Positions 1-10,990 of a stretch of DNA of 64,000 bases are shown here, in pieces. Origin of the DNA: Candidatus Marinacidobacterales bacterium (lineage in GTDB: Bacteria > Acidobacteriota > Vicinamibacteria > Marinacidobacterales > DATDRI01). The notes beneath the pieces were generated by a model. It was not told the DNA's origin and did no database searches. It saw only the letters and a program-made list of their open reading frames with translations. Numbering within the stretch: the first letter of the stretch is position 1; every line of letters begins with the position of its first letter. A program made the position numbers and the translations under genes. The stretch is taken from positions 5,568,001 through 5,632,000 of the forward strand of contig CBDCNP010000002.1 in NCBI GenBank assembly GCA_965219415.1, in the 5' to 3' direction.

Positions 1-1172
1 CCGGGAGTTTGATGACGAGTTTAAGGCAGGCGCGGTCCGGCTGGTGCTTGATGAGGGCCAGAGCGTGGGTCGGGTGGCCCGGGAGCTTGACCTCACCGAA
101 TCGGCGTTTCGCAACTGGGTCCGTCAGGCCCGGGCCGATCGGACGAAGGGCCGGACGGGCTTGACGGGCGTGGAACGCGAGGAGCTTCGGCGGCTCCGCA
201 AAGAGAATCGGCGGTTGCGGGTGGAGCGCGACGTTTTAAAAAAAGCCGCGGCCTTCTTCGCGAAGGAGAGCGAGTAAGATTCGCGTTCATCCAGGCGGAG
301 AAGGCCACCGTACCGGTCGTTCACCTGTGTCAGATTCTCAACGTCTCTCGGAGTGGCTTTTATGCCTGGGTACGTCGGCCGCCGTCGGCCCACGCGCGCC
401 GGGACCGCCAGTTGCGCGTGTTGATTCGTGCCTCCCATGAGGCGAGTCGCCGCACCTATGGGAGTCCGCGGATTTATCACGACCTGCACGAGCAGGGGTA
501 TCGAGTGAGTCGGGAAGCGGGTGATTCGGTTGAAACAGGCAGAAGGCCTCATTGCTCGAGTACGCAAACGCTTCAAGCGCACGACGGTAAGCGGTCATGG
601 CCAGCCCGTCGCGGCCAATGTGCTCGGGCAAGACTTCGTCGCCGATGCGCCGAACCAACGGTGGGTCGGGGACACGACCGAGTTCGTGATCGGCAGCGGC
701 GGGAAGCTTTATCTCGCGGCGCTCCTCGACCTCTACTCGCGATTCCTCGTTGGGTGGGCCGTAAGTGCTATTAACGACCGTCACCTGGTTATCAAGGCGT
801 TGCGGATGGCACTGAAACGTCGCCAACCGGCCGCGGGGCTCTTGCATCACTCCGATCAGGGCAGTCCGTATGCCAGCAAAGACTACCAACGTCTCCTTGA
901 GACGCATGGCATGACCGGGAGCATGAGCCGACGGGGCAACTGCTACGACAACGCCGTCATCGAGAGCTGGTTCTCCACGGTCAAGCACGAGCTTGGGGAG
1001 CATTTCCTCAGTTGCGGCGAGGCCAAGATGGCCCTCTTCGACTTCATCGAGGTATTCTACAACCAGAGACGACGACACTCGACCCTCGGCCAGGTCAGTC
1101 CGGCCGAGTTTGAACGACGGATGAGGACTTCGCCAGCTTAACTAAACCGTCTACGAAACCGGATCAAGCCCA
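1..1172 (+). mobile_element. IS3-family element (5' end outside window); orfA <1-277, orfB ~274-1141 with an extra frameshift near 518
   Basis: HTH orfA (SVGRVARELDL); slippery TTTTAAAAAAAG at ~234-245; DDE motifs WVGDTT, HHSDQGSPY, DNAVIESWF; right end ...GGATCAAGCCCA at 1172. Confidence 0.9.
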
Positions 1173-1710
1173 ACGTGGGCTCTTGAGAGATTCAGGTGTG
1201 AAGCCCCTCCGCCTTCCAGCGAACAGTCCGAATCTGAACGCATACGCGGAAAGATTCGTTCTCTCCATACGTCGAGAGTGTCTCGACCGCTTCGTACCTC
1301 TCAGTGAGCGACACCTGCGCACAGCGGTAACCGAATACGTAGTGCACTATCACACAGAACGGAACCACCAAGGTCTCGGCAACGAGCTCCTCACTCCTCT
1401 GCCGGCAAGCGCGAATAGCGCTGGCCCCATCGTGTCGCGAGAGCGACTTGGGGGCATTCTCAACTACTACTGCCGTGCCGCGTAGATTGTGGCCGGGACG
1501 GTAGCCCCTCGGTGGGCCCGCTCGGCGTAGCGTGAAAACAGCTTCAGGAACACGCTTGGATATTCGCTCTCGACTAGGTGGTCATCTGCATGGTGACGAC
1601 CCGTCCAAAGGGTAGCTCTGCTCAATGGTTGTCGCGGGCCTCACCGCCCACGCCGCGTCAACTGTTCGCTTGTAACGTTGCATGTGGATCAAATTTTGGC
1701 ACAGGACGGG
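1173..1710 (+). mobile_element. 3' fragment of rve/IS481-like transposase (1183-1485) with right end TTTTGGCACAGGACGGG
   Basis: [21 protein letters not shown]...[11 protein letters not shown]; near-identical to the reverse complement of 5388-5680. Confidence 0.8.
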
Positions 1711-1787
1711 ATCATGCAGGCACGGTGCCGGTAGATCGGAGACTAATCAAAGTTCGGGGCGCGCGGATGAATAAATAGAAGGTACAC
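1711..1787 (-). repeat. orphan left end of rve element type C (TGTGCCTTCTATTTATT family)
   Basis: matches 43490-43560, which lies upstream of the transposase at 42802-43488. Confidence 0.8.
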
Positions 1788-1788
1788 C

Positions 1789-1932
1789 CAAGCCACCCTT
1801 GACGAGGTCCTTCGTTTTGTGGTCTTTTCCTTCATGGCGGTGTTTCCTTCTGTAGGCTCCTTCAGGCCGTGTTCGACAACGCGGAAGGTTACTCCACCTT
1901 TACTCTATTTCTACACCTTCTGAGGGTAGCTC
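1789..1932 (-). mobile_element. orphan left end and first codons of IS256 element
   Basis: diverged copy of 41808-41951 ending CACCTTCTGAGGGTAGCTC. Confidence 0.85.
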
Positions 1933-1933
1933 T

Positions 1934-3337
1934 ATGGACATCGTCCTTGCCTTTAGCGCGTTATGCATCCTGCTGGTGGTCGGCAAGATCCTGCGAGTTA
2001 CGATCCGTCTGTTCCAGAAGCTTTACCTGCCGGCATCGGTGATCGGTGGTCTGCTTGGGCTGGCGCTCGTGCAGACGATCGGTGGCTTCTTACCCGAAGC
2101 GACGACGGCGGGCTGGACTCGACTGCCAGGATTCCTCATCAACATCGTCTTTTCGGCCCTCTTCCTGGGAGTCTTCATTCCACCGATCAGACGCATCTGG
2201 GGGATTGCCGGGCCGCAGTTGGCGTACGGTCAAATCGTCGCCTGGGGGCAGTACGTCTTCGGCCTTGGGGTGGCAATCGTGCTTCTAACACCGGTTTTTG
2301 ACGTCCCGGGGGCCATCGGCACCATCATTCCGGTCGGCTTCGAGGGTGGGCACGGCACGGCCGCTGGTCTGGAGCCGGTCTTCGATGCCTATGCCTGGCC
2401 CGAGGGCAGGGACCTAGCCCTCACGTCGGCGACCTGCGGCGTCCTGTTTGCCATCATCGTCGGGATGGCGCTCATCAACTGGGCGGCGCGCCGGGGCTAC
2501 ACCCAGCAACTGAAGCGCATTGAGGACATGCCTGAGAGCAGTATCGTAGGCGTCTACGACCCAGCCGAACGGCCGAGTGCCGGGAGCCAGACCGTGTCGG
2601 CGGCGTCAATCGACAGCCTCAGCTTCCATCTCGCCATCATCGGTCTCGGTGTCTTCATTGGCTATCTGATCCACAGCGGCTTGGTGCGCGTTGAGCTCCT
2701 GGTGCGGCCTCCGAGCGCCGACGGTCGCGCCTTTTTCAACAGTTTCCCGCTCTTTCCGCTGTGCATGATCGGTGGTCTGGTGGTGCAGGTCTTTTTCGCC
2801 AACTTCACCAAGCGCAATCCGCTCGACCATCGCCTCATGCAGCGCCTCTCGGGCACCGCCATGGATTTCCTGGTGGTGGCTGCGATCTCGACCATCAATG
2901 TGAAGGTGGTGCTGGGGGGGCTCGTGCCCTTGGCGATCCTGGTCGCCGCCGGAGTGCTGTGGAACGTCTTCTGCGTGGTGTGGCTGGCGCGTCGCCTCTT
3001 GCCAGCGGATTCGTGGTTCGAGCGCTCGATCGCCGAGATGGGGCAATCGATGGGCGTCACCGCCACGGGCCTCCTGCTGTTGCGCGTCGTAGATCCCGAG
3101 GGCGACACGGACGCCACCTCGGCCTTCGGTTACAAGCAACTCATGCACGAGCCGTTCATGGGCGGCGGGCTGTGGACCAGTGCCGCCATTCCGCTGGCGC
3201 TGGCCTACAATCCGGTGTTGGTGCTCGGTATCAGCGCCGGGGCGGTAGCGCTCTGGTTGCTGGTATGGGCGCTGTTGTTTCGCGGTCGGCTCGGCCTCGG
3301 GCGAATCGGCACCGCCGGGCGTGGGGTAAGTGCCTAG
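1934..3337 (+). CDS. sodium/glutamate symporter family (GltS-like)
   Basis: about 12 TM segments; GFEGGHGTAAG and MGVTATG re-entrant loop motifs. Confidence 0.85.
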   Translation: MDIVLAFSALCILLVVGKILRVTIRLFQKLYLPASVIGGLLGLALVQTIGGFLPEATTAGWTRLPGFLINIVFSALFLGVFIPPIRRIWGIAGPQLAYGQIVAWGQYVFGLGVAIVLLTPVFDVPGAIGTIIPVGFEGGHGTAAGLEPVFDAYAWPEGRDLALTSATCGVLFAIIVGMALINWAARRGYTQQLKRIEDMPESSIVGVYDPAERPSAGSQTVSAASIDSLSFHLAIIGLGVFIGYLIHSGLVRVELLVRPPSADGRAFFNSFPLFPLCMIGGLVVQVFFANFTKRNPLDHRLMQRLSGTAMDFLVVAAISTINVKVVLGGLVPLAILVAAGVLWNVFCVVWLARRLLPADSWFERSIAEMGQSMGVTATGLLLLRVVDPEGDTDATSAFGYKQLMHEPFMGGGLWTSAAIPLALAYNPVLVLGISAGAVALWLLVWALLFRGRLGLGRIGTAGRGVSA

Positions 3338-3410
3338 TGGAGCAATCCCTAGGGAGCGCGCCCCCCAAGCCGACCTTATTCCTCATTCCTCCCTCTTTAG
3401 GCCGAGGTCT

Positions 3411-3463
3411 CAGCTGTTGATTTTTAGTCTGTTGCAAAAGGGCCGAGTTTTGGCACAGGACGG
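3411..3463 (-). repeat. orphan left end of rve element type B (CCGTCCTGTGCCAAAACTCGG)
   Basis: GGCCGAGTTTTGGCACAGGACGGG; same end precedes the transposase at 40030-40579. Confidence 0.85.
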
Positions 3464-3979
3464 GGTGCCGGTTGCAGCGATGTACCGGGCACAAGCGCGC
3501 CAACTTGCTCCAACATTGCCCGGCGCACGCACGCCGTGAGCTCCGGCGTGACTACAACCGGATCGTCTACGCCAAGAACGGGTTCGATGCTCGCAAAGCC
3601 TATGACGAGCTCGTCGCCAAGTGGACGCCTCTCGCGCCGGCCGTCGTCCGAAGCCTAGAGGAGGCCGGTAATCAGCTGCTGACCTTCTATGAATTCCCTC
3701 GTGCCATGTGGAAATCGATTCGAACGACCAATGCTCTGGAGAATCTCAACCGCGAATTTCGACGCCGGACGAAAACCCAAGCGTCGTTCTCCAGCGAGGA
3801 GTCCGCGGTCGCTTTGCTGTTTGGGCTTATCGCCTCTGGCCAGATTCAACTACGACGCATCGACGGCTACCAACGTCTGAGCGAGGTTCTCGAACACGCG
3901 GAGGTTACCGCCTGATATGATACTCTGATGACAGGGTGGAGGGCGCCGTTCTTTTTCCACGGACCTCGGGACACATCCC
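3464..3979 (+). pseudogene. IS256-family transposase 3' fragment (different element from the 40580 copy)
   Basis: QRCTGHKRAN and IRTTNALENLNREFRRRTK motifs; 5' end cut by the type B end. Confidence 0.8.
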
Positions 3980-4052
3980 GGGTGAGCGGCCGAAGCAACT
4001 GACGCGCCCTGGCGCACGGGCGAATCGCGTGGACTGCTGTTGTTCGGGGGCA

Positions 4053-4156
4053 GGTGCTTGCGCTGTTTGCTGTTGGTGATGTGTACGCATCCCTTTGCAA
4101 AAAAAGTGCTTACGTTCCATTTAGCGTGCAGCGATGGTCACGAGCGCTATTTTGGG
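4053..4156 (+). repeat. truncated ~165-bp IS1-type MITE
   Basis: GGTGCTTGCGCTGTTT...GAGCGCTATTTTGG; matches copies at 17204, 28996, 53603 and 61940. Confidence 0.85.
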
Positions 4157-4169
4157 CAACTATTTAACT

Positions 4170-5053
4170 GGGTTTACGCGGATTCGTGTGGGTAAGTTCT
4201 GACGGAAAAACAGTGTAACTCATTGTGTGGAAAAGGTATCGAGTACTTCATCAGGTGCTGAAAAGTGGTCCATTTTTAGGATAGGCTAACCGAGTGAAAA
4301 ATTCCCAGTCGATCCGCTCGCTGTTTGCGCTGCCAGGTTTCGTGGTTGGTGCCGGATTGAAGGGTCTATTCGGTGACCGATACGCCCGCGTCATCCAGCT
4401 CAAGAGGCGAAAAAAACAGCTGTGTGCTCTTACTGTGGGCAACGGTGCCGGGGGCGCTATGACAAGCAAGTGTGCCGGGTCCGCGACCTGTCGTTGGCAG
4501 GCTGGCGGATCTATCTGGAATACGAGCGTTGGCGCGTCAACTGTTCTGGGTGCGGCGGTGTGCATGTAGAACACCTAGACTGGCTGGCGAACAACTCGCG
4601 CTACAAGCGTTACACTTTGCTTTCCCGGCGGGAGAACCTGAGCCTAGACGGTCGCCGCGCACTCAAAAAGTTGCTCCAGGCCAACCGGCGCCTGAACACC
4701 GCCTATATTTTGAAGGAGGTCTTCGGGCAACTCTGGGATTACCGCACCGAACGCGGCGCTCGCGCCTTTTTCACTCGTTGGAAAGACAGCCTCAAATGGC
4801 AACGCCTGCATCCGTACCAGAAGTTCGCCGGTATGATTGAGTCCCATTGGGATGGTATCGCCTCCTACTGTCATCCGGAGAACAAAGTCAGTCTCGGCCT
4901 AGTTGAAGGGGTCAACAACAAAATCCGTGTTCTGCAACGACGCGCCTACGGGCTATCGCGACGAGGAATATCTCAAGCTGAAGATCGTGGCGGCTTTCCT
5001 TCCGCCATTACCCAGAAATGCAGTTTTCAACCCACACGAATCCGCGTAGACCC
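4170..5053 (+). mobile_element. ISL3-family element, internally deleted
   Basis: 24-bp TIRs GGGTTTACGCGGATTCGTGTGGGT / ACCCACACGAATCCGCGTAGACCC; zinc finger CSYC..CSGC; EGVNNKIRVLQRRAYG; A7 run near 4410. Confidence 0.85.
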
Positions 5054-5156
5054 ACTTTTTTAGGGAGTTGGATTCTGCTCTACCCTTTGTTGTACTGGCC
5101 TACACCAGCGGCTGGTACCCGAAGGAAACAGCTCCGGAATCGACGGGGCGATGGAC

Positions 5157-5260
5157 CCCGTCCTGTGCCAAAACTCGGCCCTTTTGAAATAGGCCATAAA
5201 TCAGCAACTTAGTGTCTGTGTTTGCGACCGGGCCAAGGGCCGTGGGCTTTACAATCGTCT
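5157..5260 (+). repeat. orphan type B left end
   Basis: CCCGTCCTGTGCCAAAACTCGG...GGCTTTACAATCGTC. Confidence 0.85.
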
Positions 5261-5387
5261 TGGGCGGGCGGGTCGTCACCATGCAGATGATCACCTAGTC
5301 GAGAGCGAATATCGAAGCGTGTGCCTGAAGCTGTTTCCACGCTACGCTGGTCGAGCGCACCGAGGGGCTACCGTCGCCGGCGACCAT

Positions 5388-6127
5388 CTACGCGGCACGG
5401 CAGTAGTAGTTGAGAATGCCCTCAAGTCGCTCTCGCGACACGATGGGGCCAGCGTCATTCGCGCTTGCCGGCAGAGGTGTGAGGAGCTCGTTGCCGAGAC
5501 CTTGGTGGTTCCGTTCTGTGTGATAGTGCACTACGTATTCGGTTACCGCTGTGCGCAGGTGTCGCTCACTGAGAGGTACGAAGCGGTCGAGACACTCTCG
5601 ACGTATGGAGAGAACGAATCTTTCCGCATATGCGTTCAGATTCGAACTATTCGCGGGAAGGCGAAGGGGCTTCACGCCTGATTGTTCGGCGCGATCTTGT
5701 GGCCCAGGTTGGCCATAGCTCCTTGGATTCGAGCGTAGCCCCAAGACGGACTCGACTTGGCCATGCGCACGACCAACTCCTCGATTTCCGACGAGATGGG
5801 CGGACGCCCCGTTTGACGACGAGGGTACGTCCATTTCCTCGCGATGAGCTCACGGTGCCATCGGAGAAGCGTATCCGGGGTGACCAGAGTTGCCACTTCC
5901 CCGAGGAGTTTCCGTCCAAGCTCTTTCCCCTTGGCCGCAAGCCGTCGACGCTGCTCGTCGCTCAAGCGCAACCGCTGACCGAGCTGCGCCTTCAAAACAC
6001 GGTTCTCCTCCTGCAGATACTCAAGGATCTTCTGCTGCTCCTGGTTCAGCCAACCGGCCAGGAGCGAGACCAGGAAGATTTGTGGCGAGACAAATGGGCT
6101 CATCGCAAGCATCGTAGCCGAAGTCAC
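5388..6127 (-). pseudogene. rve/IS481-like transposase with central deletion
   Basis: N-terminus LLAGWLNQEQQKILEYLQEENRVL...WGYARIQG joined near 5680 to the C-terminal integrase core. Confidence 0.8.
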
Positions 6128-6161
6128 TTACGGCTGCGAAAGATGACCGGCTGAGTTTTTG

Positions 6162-6323
6162 GGTGCTTCCGCCATTATTGGTGAGATGACGCTAAGACTT
6201 TACGCTGCATTAAATCACAGCCAAAATAGCGCTCGCGACCTTCGCCGCGCGCTAAATGGAGCGTAAGCGCTTTTTTTGCAAAAGGATACGTACACATCAC
6301 CAACAGCAAACAGCGCAAGCACC
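6162..6323 (-). repeat. ~165-bp IS1-type MITE
   Basis: ends GGTGCTTCCGCCAT... and ...CAGCGCAAGCACC. Confidence 0.85.
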
Positions 6324-6384
6324 AAATAGATCATAAATCCAGTAGCTTAGTGTCTGTGTTTGCGGACGTGCCAAAGGCTGAGCG

Positions 6385-6476
6385 CGAACAAACGACGAAA
6401 CCATGCAGGCATGGTCCCGGCAGACCGGAGACCGATCAAGTTCTGGGCGCGCGGATGAATAAATAGAAGGCACAGG
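6385..6476 (-). repeat. orphan type C left end
   Basis: ...GCGCGCGGATGAATAAATAGAAGGCACAGG. Confidence 0.85.
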
Positions 6477-6814
6477 CCAGAATCGAGGCCGGAGTGACCA
6501 CGAAATATAGCAGGCTAACACGTTCTGGTCTAGGTGTACCTGGACACCCTTGATGTCCTTACTTTTCTAGGATTGGGCCTCAACCTGGGTCCCGACCTCC
6601 TGCGGCTCTTCCCCGGCACACAGCACACGCTGAATCTGAGTCTTTCAACCAACGGTCACGATGCTCCCGCGCTGGCCGCCGCGTGGGGTCACTCTGGCGT
6701 GCCTTTTGCCCGCCCAATGCGGTCACCATGATCCCATGTCCCCAACTTCAAAGTGCTACAATTCTTGTCGGCAGGTCAATCGTGCCGACGGCACCAGCTG
6801 GCCCTCGCAACGTA

Positions 6815-9220
6815 ATGATGGAGAGACGAATCGGCACGCTTGTCCTGATGCTGCTAGCATTTGGCGCAGCTTGCAGCGACCCATCGAGAGAGCGCGCTGT
6901 TTCCCTTCTCGCTCCTTCTCAGCCTTCCATGGAAGTGGAGTTGGAAGGAAAGTCCCGAACAGCGTTTGACGGATCGAGGTGGGTGTCCCCGCTAAGGGTA
7001 CCACAGAACGCCGTTCTCCAGTTCTCGATGGCTGTATTGGGCACACCCAGTGCAGGCCTGCCTGCGACAGAGTTCCTGATCGAGATCGAAGCCGATAGCA
7101 AGCGGAGCCGCGTGTTCCGCGAGACCCTTGCTGCACAGGAGGGGAATCGTTGGAACGACCGCATGGTTGATCTCACTCCGTGGGAGGGGAGAGCGGTCTC
7201 GCTGGTATTCACGGCGCGGCCTGTGCTGGACGTCTCGGGCGCGGTGCATCGGCAGTCACTGGTTCCGGTTTGGGGCGATCCGGTTCTTGCGAGCGCACCT
7301 GCGAACGCCCGGTTGGGACAATCGGTCGAGCTCTTCAATGATTGGCATCGCCGACCCGACCGGATGGACTCAGTAGGCGATACGAAGTTCAGCCACGACC
7401 GCGGCTTCTATGAGACCCCTTTCGAAGTGATCCTCACCACCGCCACTCCCGGCGCAACGATCGTCTATACCACCGACGGCAGTAAGCCGAGCGTAAGTCA
7501 TGGAATCGTCGGCAACAAGGTTCTTGTGGATAAAACGACTGTCCTTCGGGCCGTGGCGTACAAGCCTGGTGCGAGGAGCACGAACGTTGACACCCATACC
7601 TATATCTTTCCGACCACGGTGAAGGACCAGGCGACCTTGCCATTCGATTATTCGGCTTCGTTTCGCTCCTTCAATATGGCTCCGTACGCAGATCTCGACA
7701 TCGGGATCGATCCCGATGTCGTGAATACGAGCAACCAGCGGGAGTTCGTGGAAGGACTGACGTCGATTCCCACCCTCTCCATTGTCATGGACATGGACCA
7801 TCTCTTTAATGAGAGCCAAGGGCTCTACTTTGGAAAGGGCCCACTGACCCGTCCCGCCTCGGTTGAGCTCCTCTATCCCAGTAAGTTTTCCCACTTCGAG
7901 GGCTTTCAGGTCGATTGCGGAGTTAGAAGGCATAGTTGGTCGCATCCCAAGGAAAAGAACTCGTTCCGCCTGGTCTTCAGCAAAGATTTCGGTCCAGGAA
8001 TGTTGAGATACCCTTTTTTCGAGAGCGCCGTGCATCATGCCGAATCTGCAGTGAAAGAGTTCAATACCATCGTTCTTCGGGCAGGGGGGGAAGAAAACTG
8101 GTCGAGAGGCAGGATCCTCGTCTGGCCGGGAGTGAGCGAATTGGCGGTCTATGTCCGCGACCAACACGCTCGAGACTCGCAGCTTTCTTTGAGCGGTACG
8201 GCTGCGCACGGCATTTTCGTGCATCTCTATCTGAACGGGATTTACTGGGGCGTATATAACGCGGTGGAGCGTCCAGAGCGACGTTTTCTCGCTTCGTACT
8301 ATGGCGGCGATCCGGCTGACTGGTTTGCTATCAACCATTCGGGCGTAGTCGGCAAGCCGAACCACCCGCGCTGGTATACCACCATGTACCGTTATGCGCG
8401 TGAGCATGACCTCTCGGAGCCCGCAAAATACCGGGAGATGAAAACCCTATTGAATACGGCCCAGTTTAGCGACTACATCCTGCTGAATTGGTTTTCCGGT
8501 ACGGGAGATTGGGGAAAACGAAATTGGTATGGAGGGATTCGGATTCACCCTCCCGGTGCCGGATTGTATTTCTGCTGGGATTCGGAGAATACCTACGGGC
8601 TTGCTGACAAAGTTGGGCATGCGGGGGCTTGGGTTCCACCCAAGTTCGTATCGGGCGGAACGTCCGTGCTACACCAACTATGGATGGCTTTGGCGGACAG
8701 CCCAGAGTTCCGGCTGGAGTTCGCGGATCGCGTCTATCGTGCCTGCTACAATGGCGGTCCCCTCGCGGACCATATAAACCAAACCAATTTTCGAAAGCTA
8801 GCGGACTACGTGGAAGCGGCGATGTTTTGTGAGTCGGCCCGCTGGGGCGATGCGGGCCCCGGAAGGGAGAATCGTCCCCGCACGCGGGATGTGCATTGGA
8901 AGCAGGCGCGGGACTATGTTCTAGACTTGATGGACGGAAACGTGGAAAGGTTCATTCGAGCGCTTCGGGACCATGATTACTATCCCACCCTCGACCCGCC
9001 GGTGTTCGAACGAGCTTCTGACAGCGTCACTATCCGACGCCCGGCGGGAGCGGAAAGGGTCTACTACACCCTTGATGGAAGCGACCCACGAAACCCCACA
9101 GCACACAGTTTCAGCGAAGCCATTTCGACAATTCCTTTCTCTCCCAATCTCAAGGGACGTTCACGGCGGGGCGACGAGTGGAGTGCTCTGAACGAATACA
9201 GGACTTGGGAACGAGATTAA
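6815..9220 (+). CDS. CotH-kinase family protein with chitobiase/FN3-associated domains, probable lipoprotein
   Basis: signal ending FGAAC; FSHDRGFY...IVYTTDGSKP repeat also at C-terminus (YYTLDGSDP); FVHLYLNGIYWGVYNAVER, DWGKRN and WDSE motifs. Confidence 0.75.
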   Translation: MMERRIGTLVLMLLAFGAACSDPSRERAVSLLAPSQPSMEVELEGKSRTAFDGSRWVSPLRVPQNAVLQFSMAVLGTPSAGLPATEFLIEIEADSKRSRVFRETLAAQEGNRWNDRMVDLTPWEGRAVSLVFTARPVLDVSGAVHRQSLVPVWGDPVLASAPANARLGQSVELFNDWHRRPDRMDSVGDTKFSHDRGFYETPFEVILTTATPGATIVYTTDGSKPSVSHGIVGNKVLVDKTTVLRAVAYKPGARSTNVDTHTYIFPTTVKDQATLPFDYSASFRSFNMAPYADLDIGIDPDVVNTSNQREFVEGLTSIPTLSIVMDMDHLFNESQGLYFGKGPLTRPASVELLYPSKFSHFEGFQVDCGVRRHSWSHPKEKNSFRLVFSKDFGPGMLRYPFFESAVHHAESAVKEFNTIVLRAGGEENWSRGRILVWPGVSELAVYVRDQHARDSQLSLSGTAAHGIFVHLYLNGIYWGVYNAVERPERRFLASYYGGDPADWFAINHSGVVGKPNHPRWYTTMYRYAREHDLSEPAKYREMKTLLNTAQFSDYILLNWFSGTGDWGKRNWYGGIRIHPPGAGLYFCWDSENTYGLADKVGHAGAWVPPKFVSGGTSVLHQLWMALADSPEFRLEFADRVYRACYNGGPLADHINQTNFRKLADYVEAAMFCESARWGDAGPGRENRPRTRDVHWKQARDYVLDLMDGNVERFIRALRDHDYYPTLDPPVFERASDSVTIRRPAGAERVYYTLDGSDPRNPTAHSFSEAISTIPFSPNLKGRSRRGDEWSALNEYRTWERD

Positions 9221-9270
9221 CCGTACAGCGATTCGATATCGGCGAGGTCGGCTTTAGTTGTGGCGGGGGC

Positions 9271-10469
9271 GGTGCTTCCGCCATCAAGTGTTGCTACGCG
9301 GCTGCGGGCAGTGGTACAGGTGCGGAAGAGAGCGGGTTGCGCGCCCCAGTGAGCAGGAAAACCTCGATCCGCGACCACAAAGGAATCGTCGTCGCCAAGA
9401 AGATGTCTCGAAAGGTGAGCCGTCGCGTGGTGAGACCGGCCTGCATAGCCGGAGTTCGGATCTCACGTCCGAACTTCAGAGCTCCGTGCGGTCGGACGAA
9501 GTTGTAATAGCAACGGAGCAACTCCAGGTGCTCATCGAGCCTCTCCGTCGAGCGAGCGTGGGAAAGCGTTCGTCTCGAAAGGTATGCCGAGCTTTGCCGG
9601 ATGGTCAGATTCAACCGCTCGATGAATGACGTGTTCAATGTTGAGGAGTCCTCGGAGTTATTGAGCGCGTCATCAAATCGCCACGCGGCTCCGTGCAGCG
9701 CTCTGCGTTCGACCTTGATGATACGATCGTTCCTGCGCGTTTTGAGGACTTGGCCGTAGAGACACGCTGGCCCGAAGAAGCGACGGATGACCTTCTGGTA
9801 GAATTCGAATCCATCCGTAACGATCAAGGGAAGACCCTCGAAATTCATCCGCCTCGAAAGGTCGTGAAACAGAGCGTGAGTGTTCCGGTAGCTTCGCCTT
9901 CCCGTCACCGTCGATGGCCAGAGCCGAGACCAGACCTCGATCGTAACGAAGACCCAACTCGGCGTCTTCTTGTTGCCCGCGAACGTGCGAATCTCGTCGG
10001 CTTGAAGCTCTTCGGCAGCGAAGCCAGCGATCCTTGTGTGGTTGAATCGACGACACACTTGGGCTGCCTTCTCAAGCCAGCGGGCGACGGTGTTCCAGGC
10101 AATCCCTTCGATCCGGGAAATCGCGGAAATGCTGACACCCTCGACTCTGAGAGCGATGACCCCGTCGAAAGTAGCTCTTCGATGTTGGAGACGGTAGTAG
10201 GGCGTGCCTTTCGTCGAGGAGAACGTCTTTCCGCACTCGCCGCACCGGTATCGACGGCGTTTCCCAGACTTGGTTCGGTAGAATCCGTGGCGAACGATGT
10301 TTCCGGAACTGACTTTGCCCCGCAACGCACATGCGGGATTGAGACATCTGCTATTCTTCACTTCGGATTGCCCTTACGATGAGAGAACTGTGTCTTCGGA
10401 ATTCTGGCTCAAACTCTAGCACGCGAGCGGGTTACGCGGCGGCCACCAACACTTGATGGCGGAAGCACC
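9271..10469 (-). mobile_element. IS1-family element, intact; transposase 9294-10361
   Basis: perfect 23-bp TIR GGTGCTTCCGCCATCAAGTGTTG; zinc ribbon CLNPAC..CGEC, HTH, ADE/VTDG/IERLN DDE, YNFVRPH, TPAMQAGL; no target duplication. Confidence 0.9.
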
Positions 10470-10990
10470 CAAAGGCGACCAGGTCTCCTGCCGCCGCGAT
10501 GAGACGGTGGGAGCCACCTTCGATGGCAAGCGACTCACCTTGTCAGACGGGGCGAGCTTTCAGGTGAAATAGCAAAGCAACGTTCCGAGCTCCACACAGT
10601 ACTCGGTATACGACCTCCGTCGTGGCTCCGCCGGGCCAGTCGGTGCCTCCGCCGACAATCCACTTGACTGGCGTCAGCGAACCGCTTAGGATCTGGGGCT
10701 TGATCGGGGAGGGGCCTCGATGCTGAGGCTCTTTCGCTCGCCGGCTGAAAGCGCCACGGTGGGTCAAAACCGATATCGCTACTTTCACCCCCTGGTTCGG
10801 CCGTGAGGCTCCTCGATCGGAGTCATATGGGCGCGCTGTTATCCTTTAGTAAGGTCTTCTCACTGGGGTCGTCTTCCCGTTGCCCTGAGCTGCCTTGTTC
10901 ATACATGCGAGAGAAGGCGTACGCCCGGACCCATTCGCAGCAAACCTTCGTTTCCCTTCAAACTCGGGCGATCCCCGAAGGAGGTTCGGC

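Noticed and set aside
7370-8407. Long antisense ORFs (this one, 11508-12212, 45263-46141, 48820-49896 and others)
   Set aside because: Shadow frames of GC-rich genes with no recognisable motifs
10800-10990. TPP or purine riboswitch before the TBDT-NCS1 operon
   Set aside because: GGGG...CTGAG is present but the downstream conserved core is not
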